From a virus: a stretch of 64,000 bases of DNA. The notes beneath the pieces are model-generated. The model was not told the origin of the DNA, ran no database searches, and saw only the letters and a list, made by a program, of their open reading frames with translations. The translations under genes were made by a program, and so were the position numbers. Of this stretch, positions 20,261-27,610 are shown piece by piece. Positions within the stretch are counted from its first letter, which is position 1; each line of letters opens with the position of its first letter. The stretch spans positions 2,076-66,075 of IMG/VR virus record IMGVR_UViG_3300011271_000009; one strand, written 5' to 3'.

Positions 20261-20909
20261 TCTGCTGATCCTGGCACAGGCGTCCACGGCACCTAGGCCG
20301 TCTGCCGCCAAGGACATGGCCTATAGCCCTGGCGATGGCCCAGATGCAGTAAGCAGCGACTACGCCTACCGCAGCGAGCGCGGCCAGCCCTTCCTGCGCG
20401 CTGGCAGCTTGGTGGTGGCTACACCCCAGTTCAAGGGGTTGACGCTGTACTCGCCAACCGGGCAGACGCAGCAGATTAATGTCCCTATACCGACAAATTC
20501 CGCTGTTGGGGCGACCAGCAGCCCCACAACGACCAGCGGCGCATACGCCGTGATCCCCGAGATGAAGGTCAGCATCACGACCTCGGGCGGAAAGATTCTC
20601 ATCCTATTTTCGTCAGTCATATCGACCGACACCAACGCTACGGGCTCAAACTACGCGATCTTCCGCGACGGCGTGCAGGTTGCAACCTTTGCGAATGCTT
20701 GGCCTACAGCCAACATCGGGCAGATGATCGCTTTCAGCTTTCTTGATAACCCACCACTCGGCGTACATACCTATGACATTCGTTGGAACAACACGGGTGG
20801 GGCCAACAAGCTGACAGCCAGTGGTACGCAAAGGACAATCCAGGCGTCAGAAATTCAGACGGGCAGCAGCCCTTCCACGTCCATCACGATCCCCACCAAG
20901 TCACGATGA
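20226..20909 (+). CDS. putative tail protein
   Basis: Ser/Thr-rich C-terminal beta domain (PPLGVHTYDIRW) like tail fiber tips. Confidence 0.55.
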   Translation: MDSSSPTDNSANLLILAQASTAPRPSAAKDMAYSPGDGPDAVSSDYAYRSERGQPFLRAGSLVVATPQFKGLTLYSPTGQTQQINVPIPTNSAVGATSSPTTTSGAYAVIPEMKVSITTSGGKILILFSSVISTDTNATGSNYAIFRDGVQVATFANAWPTANIGQMIAFSFLDNPPLGVHTYDIRWNNTGGANKLTASGTQRTIQASEIQTGSSPSTSITIPTKSR

Positions 20910-21298
20910 AACAGCTCAACACGCGGATGGCCAGGCCCGAGGATGCGCCCCAGATACTGGAGTGGCTGCAGGCCAACCCGGCTAATGAGTTCGATCCCGG
21001 CATCCTGAGCTATCCCACGCTGCAGGTGCTGTGCTCCTACAACGCTGAGCCGGTCTGCTATCTGCCTACGCAGAAGGCCCTGATTCTTGAATCCACGGCT
21101 ATACGCCCAGGGCTCAGCGAACTGGACTCGGCACAAGCCCTGCGGGACCTGGTCAAGGCAGCCCAGCTGCTGGCCTCGCAGAGCGGCCTGCGTGAGGTGT
21201 ATTACTTCGGGACCGACCCAAGGCTCAATGCTATGGCGGAGCGGCACAATTTCACGCTAAGAAGGGGCTGGAAGGTCCTGCAGATGCGGCTAGGCTAA
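20906..21298 (+). CDS. GNAT-fold-like protein
   Basis: TRMARPEDAPQILEW start and LNAMAERHNF end; sits between tail and ejection genes, where GNAT-like genes commonly occur. Confidence 0.45.
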   Translation: MKQLNTRMARPEDAPQILEWLQANPANEFDPGILSYPTLQVLCSYNAEPVCYLPTQKALILESTAIRPGLSELDSAQALRDLVKAAQLLASQSGLREVYYFGTDPRLNAMAERHNFTLRRGWKVLQMRLG

Positions 21299-21380
21299 GC
21301 CTCCAGCGCCCCTCACGGACGCGCTATAGGGCCGCTGGACGCCAGCCAAACGATATTCTACGAAGCAACTGGACCAACTT

Positions 21381-22337
21381 ATGCGAATCACCTATCGGGC
21401 AGTTTACGACATCGAAACCTGGGAGCTACTGGAGTGGGAGGGCGACCTCAGCTACAGCGGGCCTATTGAATACGTGAAGGGGTCGCACTCCAGCGCAGAG
21501 CAGGCGGCAGCGGATGCGCAGCGAACGCAGGAAAACGCTAATGCACAGCGCCAGCTGGAGATGCAGCAGCGGCAGATCGACATGGTCAACCCGACCCTGC
21601 AGAAGATCATTCAAGCAGGAGGCATGTTGCCGGAGCAGCAGTCGGCACTGATCTCCCAGCTCATGAATGGCATCGCCCAGCAGCAGGGGAACGTTGTAGG
21701 GCAGATCAATCAGTCCCTGGCCTCGCGTGGAATCAGCGGCGGAGACATGGCGGGCTCAGGAGACATTGCGCGAGACTTCGGTGGTCTTGGAGCGGCGATG
21801 TCTGGGCTGCAGCAGCAGGGAAGCCTCGGCATCCAGCAGATGAAAATGTCAGGGCTGGAACAGGCCATGAATACCGCCCTGGGGATCGGCGGCATGTACG
21901 GGCAGAACTTCGGCAGCTTCAACCAGGGAGCAGGCAACGCGCTCAATGCTGGAGTGCAGGCAGGTTACAACGCCGATCAGGCGTCCACCAGCCTGCTCGG
22001 CCCACTGCTGGGCGGAGCGCTGGGCATGGGTACGGCATTTGCCACAGGCGGAATGAGTAAAGCTGGAGGCGGCGGTGGGGGCGGTGGCGGAGGCTTCTTC
22101 CCGCCATTTGCGAGCTTCGGTTGCTGGGTAGCTGCAGCCATCTACGGAGATGCCTCGCCGGAATTCCTTGCAGCCCGGCGCTTCGTGTTCGAGCGCTGGC
22201 AGGGTTGGCTGGCTGATGCGTCTCGTTGGCTCTATCTGCGTATCGGCCCTTGGCTGGGCCAGAAGGTACGGAAGCACGCACTGCTCCGCAGGGCTCTGCG
22301 TCCACTGTTTGATATCGCGGTGAGAAGGGGGCGCTAA
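21381..22337 (+). CDS. internal virion/ejection protein with C-terminal CFI-box-CTERM-like domain
   Basis: YSGPIEYVKG N-terminus, Gln/Gly-rich body, poly-Gly then GCWVAAAIYG...WLYLRIGP. Confidence 0.65.
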   Translation: MRITYRAVYDIETWELLEWEGDLSYSGPIEYVKGSHSSAEQAAADAQRTQENANAQRQLEMQQRQIDMVNPTLQKIIQAGGMLPEQQSALISQLMNGIAQQQGNVVGQINQSLASRGISGGDMAGSGDIARDFGGLGAAMSGLQQQGSLGIQQMKMSGLEQAMNTALGIGGMYGQNFGSFNQGAGNALNAGVQAGYNADQASTSLLGPLLGGALGMGTAFATGGMSKAGGGGGGGGGGFFPPFASFGCWVAAAIYGDASPEFLAARRFVFERWQGWLADASRWLYLRIGPWLGQKVRKHALLRRALRPLFDIAVRRGR

Positions 22338-23924
22338 ATGGCAAGAGCTATCGCAGTACCGACCAGGGCCGCAGCGCCTCCTAGCGTGGATACCTCCGCC
22401 ATGCAGCAGGCGCTTATGACACAGATGCCTACACCTCCCGATCCGCCTGTGCCGCCACCAGCACAGGCCATGCCAGACCCTAATGCCCAGCAGCCGCAGC
22501 CCCCTCCAGCGCTGCAGCAGTCTGCCCAGGCCCCAGGGATAGGCGCTCCCAACCTCATCCGCATGATCGCCGGAATGATTAATCCGCAGTCCCGCATGGC
22601 GGGCATGGGAACCGGCGCGGGCCGGGCTGAGGTCTTCGAGCACTTCATGGGTAACCTCATCACGGGATTGGGCTCTGGTCTGCAGGCAGCGCATGGCCCT
22701 GGAGCCTTCGGTAAGGGCTTCGGGGCTGCCGTACAGGCCCCCTACCAGCAAGGTATGCAGCAGTTCCAGATGCAGCAGCAGGCACAGGCTAACCAGGCAC
22801 AGATTCAAGGCGGGCAGGCCCGTACAGCCCAGACGCAGGCGCAGACGCAATTCTACCCGCAAGAGCAGAGGGCACGGCTGGACGCCATGACCATGGCTCC
22901 GCGTGTTGACCCCAAGACGGGACAGCCCATCGGCCCGATGACCAATGCCGGATATGCCAACTACGTCACCAAGATGGGGGTGGCACGGGAAACCTCAGCA
23001 GGCAAGATCGGCGCTGCGGAGGTCACGCAGGGAATTGACCCAAGCAATGGGAAGAGCATCAGCGGCAAGACCATGGGAGACTTCGGGGCCACAGGAGCCC
23101 TGGCTGACCAGCCGCCTACGAAGCAGAACATCGCACTGTGGAATGCGCAGCAGCGGGCTGCCGGAAAGACATCCACCCGGCAGGTCGTGGTGAACACGAT
23201 AGACGGCCCGCAGGTCCTCAACCTCTCCAGCAGCTCGAAGCCGAATCTGCCTATGGGCAAGGGTGGAGCGGGTAGTACGCCAACTGCAGTTCAGTCTGGA
23301 GTCGGCAAGGGTATGCCCAGGCCAGGCAGCCCGAATGCCCGCCCAGACGGTCCAGTCGCAAGACCGATCTACGACACTCAGGGCATTCCCATCTCCAGCC
23401 CTCAGTCGGTGAACTTCATCGATAGGACCTATGTGCAGCCCGCCAACGGTGTAGAGAAATCGTGGAAGATGATGGACACGGCTTACCAGGAATACCAGGC
23501 AGCCAAGGCGCAAGGTAAGGAGCTGCCCACAGGCGCTCAGAGCATGCTGGCCCTCTCGACGCACCTGTCCAACACGTTTGGGGGCGTCAAAGGAGCCCGC
23601 GTTACGAAGGACATGATCGCAGAACACCTTCATGCGCGCAGCGTATCGGATGATGCCCTGGTTGCTGTCCAGCGGCTGACCAATGGTGATGTGCTATCCC
23701 CCGCTCAATGGGAAGCATTCCACGGTCTCATCAAAAACTCACGGGACATCTCCTGGCAGATCGCCGCCAAGGAATCCAGCCGCAGGCACGTCGATATTTC
23801 ACAATCCATCCCATCCGATGTGAACCTGCAGGTGCAGATTCCGGGGCAGCAGCCGGGTCCGATCACCGCAGGCAGGCTCCACGACTTTATGCAGAAGTAC
23901 CCCACAGCCCGCGTGGTCCAGTAA
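22338..23924 (+). CDS. internal virion/ejection protein
   Basis: Gln/Pro/Gly-rich 528 aa following the first ejection gene. Confidence 0.6.
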   Translation: MARAIAVPTRAAAPPSVDTSAMQQALMTQMPTPPDPPVPPPAQAMPDPNAQQPQPPPALQQSAQAPGIGAPNLIRMIAGMINPQSRMAGMGTGAGRAEVFEHFMGNLITGLGSGLQAAHGPGAFGKGFGAAVQAPYQQGMQQFQMQQQAQANQAQIQGGQARTAQTQAQTQFYPQEQRARLDAMTMAPRVDPKTGQPIGPMTNAGYANYVTKMGVARETSAGKIGAAEVTQGIDPSNGKSISGKTMGDFGATGALADQPPTKQNIALWNAQQRAAGKTSTRQVVVNTIDGPQVLNLSSSSKPNLPMGKGGAGSTPTAVQSGVGKGMPRPGSPNARPDGPVARPIYDTQGIPISSPQSVNFIDRTYVQPANGVEKSWKMMDTAYQEYQAAKAQGKELPTGAQSMLALSTHLSNTFGGVKGARVTKDMIAEHLHARSVSDDALVAVQRLTNGDVLSPAQWEAFHGLIKNSRDISWQIAAKESSRRHVDISQSIPSDVNLQVQIPGQQPGPITAGRLHDFMQKYPTARVVQ

Positions 23925-23927
23925 CCT

Positions 23928-26093
23928 ATGCCTCCACAAGACCCATACGCAGAGTTCCGGGGAGCTGCCCAGCAGGCGCAACCGGCGCAGCCGATGCAGC
24001 AGGCACAGCCAGCCCAGCAGGCCCAGGACCCCTACGCGGAGTTTCGCCAAGGCACACAGGCAGCAGCTCCCACGCCTGCCAAGCAACCGCCCACCAGCGC
24101 CAAGGACATCCGCAGGTTCGCTCTGAAAGGTGCCATCAACACCCTGCCTGGCATGGATATGCCCGCTGGTCCAGTGACTGCTGGGAATCTCATTCGCGGC
24201 AGATGGCAGGGAGCCAAGGAAGAGTTAACCGGCATGGGACAAGAGGCAGCAGGCATGGTTGGCAGTCTGCTGCCGCACAGCTGGTCGGACTACGCACAGG
24301 ACATGATACTTCCGGGGTTCCGCCAAGACAAGGCGGCTGTGCAGAGCCACGTCCAGTCCTACCAAGCAGCAAAGCAGTCCGCGCAGCAAGGCGATGTGCC
24401 GGGAGCGGTCCTGCAGTCTGTAGCTACGGGCGTCCCTCTGGTTGGTCCCATGGCCACGAACATCTACCAGAAGGCATCAACGGCAAAGACCCCAGCCCAA
24501 GCCAACCAAGCTGAAGGCGCAGCGGGAGCAGACGTAGCCGCACTGACGCTGCCCGAGGCTGCCGGGCCGGTTTTAGCGGGCGCTAAGGGCCTCGTCAAGG
24601 CAGCTGATCCTGTAGCCGCAATGCGCTCTGCCTTACCAGGCAGCAGCTTATTGGATGCGTCCATCGACCATCTGTGGGGGACTGCCAATGAGATGGGGCT
24701 GAAGCCAGCTGACTTCGCAAAGAGTAATCCGCAGGCCGCCGCCAACCTGGCCAAGGTCGTCGATACAGCCCAGACCAAGCTGCAGCAGAACGATGCAGCC
24801 CTGGCGCAGCCTATAGTCCAGGTGCCGCAGCAGATGCCGTCGCTCATTGAAGGAGTGCGTAACAAGTTCGCGCAAGCGTTCGACAATGCAAATCCTGAGC
24901 TGGCAGCCCACATCCGCAGCGGTCAGGGTACAGTCGGTGACTTACTCACCATCCGCAACGAACTCAACCGCGTATTTGACGAGGGCGTTTACAGCAGCCC
25001 GGAGAAGACTGCTCTCCAGCAGTGGGGCAAGCAGGTGCGCAGTCAACTCTACGACGAGATCGCAAAGTTCCACCAGCTGCCTGACGAGGCGGTGCGCACC
25101 ATGAAGCAGATTCAGGGGAACTTCCTCGAAGCCAAGACAGCGCTCGGAAGGGCCGTCTCCAGGCTCCAGCTGCAGTCTGATGTCGCGGCTGGAAGCACGG
25201 TAGGGCGGCGCATAGGAGCCAAGGTGGGTGGCGCTGCGGACTTGGCGACCGCTCCTATACGTGCCAGCCTCAAGGCAAAGATGGGCGTACCAGGCTTGGC
25301 GGAGCGGCTAGAGGTCGGGATGCGTGGCATGAAAGACACGAAGCCCTACAGTGTTCCGGTCAGCAACGCTCTGCCCAATGTGTGGAATGGGCCTACAGGG
25401 CCTTCAGCACCGACTGCAGAGCCTCAACTGCCCTGGGCCGGGGGTACGCCGCCTGTAAGCACAGGAGGGGCTCCTATAGGCCGTCCAGGGCTTCCTGCAC
25501 CTCAGGGCGAGTTCCCCGGAATGCAGACTCCAGCGGCGGCTCCTGCCAGAGTACCGTTACGGCCAGAATTCCCGGTGCAGCGTCCAGCAGCGCCCGTAGC
25601 TGGGCTCGGCGGAGAGCAGCCCATTCCGGGCCGGTCCAAGCTGCCCACAGCGACTCCGGCAGCGCCTGAATTGCTAGCACCGAGCGAACCTGCCCTGGGC
25701 AAACCTGCAGCGGGTCCGGCCAAGGGAGGAGCGCCGACTTACACGCCTTCGGGCTTCCCTAAGCCAGCCACGCAGCAAGGCATCACTTTGGGAGCAGGTA
25801 CGCCTAACGATCTCTACGGATCGAAGCTGGGAGCTATCACACACGACATCATGGAGAACGGCAAGAAGCTGGGGGAAGTCAACATATCCATCGAAGGCAG
25901 GCACGCAGAGGTGAATTGGGTGGGCGGCGGAATGGAGAGCGGCGTGAACCTTACCAACAAGCTGGGCGTGCGGGAGATGCTCAAGCTCCGAAACCAGCTC
26001 AAAGAGCGGTATGGGGTGGATACCGTAGGCGGTCTGCGCCCCGGCAAGGGCGGGGCGGACATGACCGCAACCAGGCAAGCAGTACGAAAATAG
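23928..26093 (+). CDS. large internal virion/ejection protein
   Basis: QDPYAEFR repeated twice at the N-terminus; last gene of the + strand module. Confidence 0.6.
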   Translation: MPPQDPYAEFRGAAQQAQPAQPMQQAQPAQQAQDPYAEFRQGTQAAAPTPAKQPPTSAKDIRRFALKGAINTLPGMDMPAGPVTAGNLIRGRWQGAKEELTGMGQEAAGMVGSLLPHSWSDYAQDMILPGFRQDKAAVQSHVQSYQAAKQSAQQGDVPGAVLQSVATGVPLVGPMATNIYQKASTAKTPAQANQAEGAAGADVAALTLPEAAGPVLAGAKGLVKAADPVAAMRSALPGSSLLDASIDHLWGTANEMGLKPADFAKSNPQAAANLAKVVDTAQTKLQQNDAALAQPIVQVPQQMPSLIEGVRNKFAQAFDNANPELAAHIRSGQGTVGDLLTIRNELNRVFDEGVYSSPEKTALQQWGKQVRSQLYDEIAKFHQLPDEAVRTMKQIQGNFLEAKTALGRAVSRLQLQSDVAAGSTVGRRIGAKVGGAADLATAPIRASLKAKMGVPGLAERLEVGMRGMKDTKPYSVPVSNALPNVWNGPTGPSAPTAEPQLPWAGGTPPVSTGGAPIGRPGLPAPQGEFPGMQTPAAAPARVPLRPEFPVQRPAAPVAGLGGEQPIPGRSKLPTATPAAPELLAPSEPALGKPAAGPAKGGAPTYTPSGFPKPATQQGITLGAGTPNDLYGSKLGAITHDIMENGKKLGEVNISIEGRHAEVNWVGGGMESGVNLTNKLGVREMLKLRNQLKERYGVDTVGGLRPGKGGADMTATRQAVRK

Positions 26094-26094
26094 G

Positions 26095-26256
26095 CTACTT
26101 CGCCAGCTGGATATCTTCGATGATGATCGGCTCACCCGCCAGTTCGATTGCTCGCCTCTTCGCCAGTTCGACCGTGGCCTTGTTGACGCGGAATCCCTTT
26201 CTGGTGCCGTCCTTCAGCCGTATCCAAACATTGTAATCCGGTGTTGAATCTGCCAT
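26095..26256 (-). CDS. small hypothetical protein (53 aa)
   Basis: manual translation MADSTPDYNVWIRLKDG...; AAGGGAAG RBS. Confidence 0.55.
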   Translation of the reverse strand: MADSTPDYNVWIRLKDGTRKGFRVNKATVELAKRRAIELAGEPIIIEDIQLAK

Positions 26257-26280
26257 AAGAATCTTCCCTTCCGGGCTGCC

Positions 26281-26511
26281 TCACAGCCCATGTTTGTCTA
26301 ACAACTCTTCAACCCTTCTCTGCTCATATTCCTTCTGCCAGCGCCGGTGTTCAGGCGATGGTGGCGTTGGGTGCGGCCTAATCGCATCAGCAACTAAGCG
26401 CCACAGCCCCACAACGCCTCCCACTAGCACCCCAAACGCCACCGGCAGCAACACAATCAGCAGCAATATTCTCAACATCGAAGCCTCCACCCAGCCTGCC
26501 AATCTAATCAC
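26281..26511 (-). CDS. small membrane protein
   Basis: hydrophobic LRILLLIVLLPVAFGVLVGGVVGLW. Confidence 0.5.
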   Translation of the reverse strand: MIRLAGWVEASMLRILLLIVLLPVAFGVLVGGVVGLWRLVADAIRPHPTPPSPEHRRWQKEYEQRRVEELLDKHGL

Positions 26512-26532
26512 AGCCGCCGCAGCTCAGCAAGG

Positions 26533-26700
26533 TTACGAAGGGGCTACCCAGTCAGCTGGAATCGCCGCAACATCTCCCACAGCCACCCATACCTTCCCCC
26601 GCATCGGGTGCTGCACCCGTGCCCACTTGCGGCCCTGCTGGAGCAGGATGCCGAAGTGCCAGCCCTCATCCCAGTACCTCACCAGGTCACCAATCCTCAT
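26533..26700 (-). CDS. small SH3-like beta protein
   Basis: MRIGDLVRYWD...GKVWV; SD-loop hairpin upstream. Confidence 0.6.
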   Translation of the reverse strand: MRIGDLVRYWDEGWHFGILLQQGRKWARVQHPMRGKVWVAVGDVAAIPADWVAPS

Positions 26701-26853
26701 CGGGTAGCGCCTCCCTAGCGCTACCACTATGGTATCACTCCCATTTTGGGAAGCAGCGCGTTCTGCGCAATCTTCAGTGACTTAGCGGGAATGCCGCGTT
26801 GGCAGCAAAGGAGAAATAATTTGCTTGACAGCCCGAAACGGGAATCGAGGATA

Positions 26854-27024
26854 TCACTCCGCCGAGCGGCGAAGCGCAGCCGCACCCCAACCGCACCAGA
26901 ACCCACCCACTAAGCCACTCAGCACTCCCAGCCACGTCCGATTCGTCTGCGCCGATGTCAGCATCCCAGCAGCCCACAGAAACAGTCCAAAGGCGATCCG
27001 TGCGTAGGCACCAGCACGTTTCAT
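26854..27024 (-). CDS. small membrane protein
   Basis: ATGA overlap with the upstream gene; two hydrophobic segments. Confidence 0.5.
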   Translation of the reverse strand: MKRAGAYARIAFGLFLWAAGMLTSAQTNRTWLGVLSGLVGGFWCGWGAAALRRSAE

Positions 27025-27254
27025 GAGTCTAAGCCCGCAGGCTCCGGGCCGATCCCCAGCTCCGCGTAGAAACAAGCACGGTGGTAGTCGAGGACCAACA
27101 CCGTGCCGTCGTAAGCTAACCCCGGAATCTCAAAGCCCTGGTCATTGGGCCGAATGCTGCGGGTGCAGTAGGGGCAGACTTCGCCGTCTGGCACCTCCAT
27201 CCGCGCACACGTCTGGTTGACCGGAGCGCCCCACGGCTCACCGAACCATTTCAT
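27021..27254 (-). CDS. Cys/His-rich protein, tandem paralog A
   Basis: MKWFGEPWGAP...CPYC...HRACF. Confidence 0.7.
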   Translation of the reverse strand: MKWFGEPWGAPVNQTCARMEVPDGEVCPYCTRSIRPNDQGFEIPGLAYDGTVLVLDYHRACFYAELGIGPEPAGLDS

Positions 27255-27610
27255 TGCAGGGGCCTACGCATCGCTGAGCTGTATTGCACAACGCGGAACA
27301 TGCGCTCCGCGTCAATGGCGGCCTGACGCTTAGTTACGCCAGGCGGGTCCGAAGCCAGGCTGCCTGGGACGTAGCAAGAGCACTGCATGGTGATGTGCGC
27401 CACCGACCCCACGATCTGCCGGATGAAGCATTCGTAGTGCTCCGGCTTCTCGGCGAAGTGGCCATGCGCATCACCTGCTGGCATGACCACCCCCGCTTGG
27501 TTAGCTTCGATGGGTTCCTCACAGTAGACGCATAGCTCACCCACGGGTGTGCTCACGTGCTCACACTCCCCGCAGAGCGGAGCGCCCCAAGATTCGCCGA
27601 ACCATTTCAT
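27251..27610 (-). CDS. Cys/His-rich protein, tandem paralog B
   Basis: MKWFGESWGAP...CVYC...HYECF. Confidence 0.72.
   Translation of the reverse strand: MKWFGESWGAPLCGECEHVSTPVGELCVYCEEPIEANQAGVVMPAGDAHGHFAEKPEHYECFIRQIVGSVAHITMQCSCYVPGSLASDPPGVTKRQAAIDAERMFRVVQYSSAMRRPLQ

Noticed and set aside
22067-22093. Microsatellite or phase-variation tract
   Set aside because: Mixed Gly codons encoding a poly-Gly linker, not a perfect nucleotide repeat
26825-26856. Plus-strand promoter at TTGACA 26825
   Set aside because: Good -35 and AT-rich upstream, but no acceptable -10 at 16-18 nt
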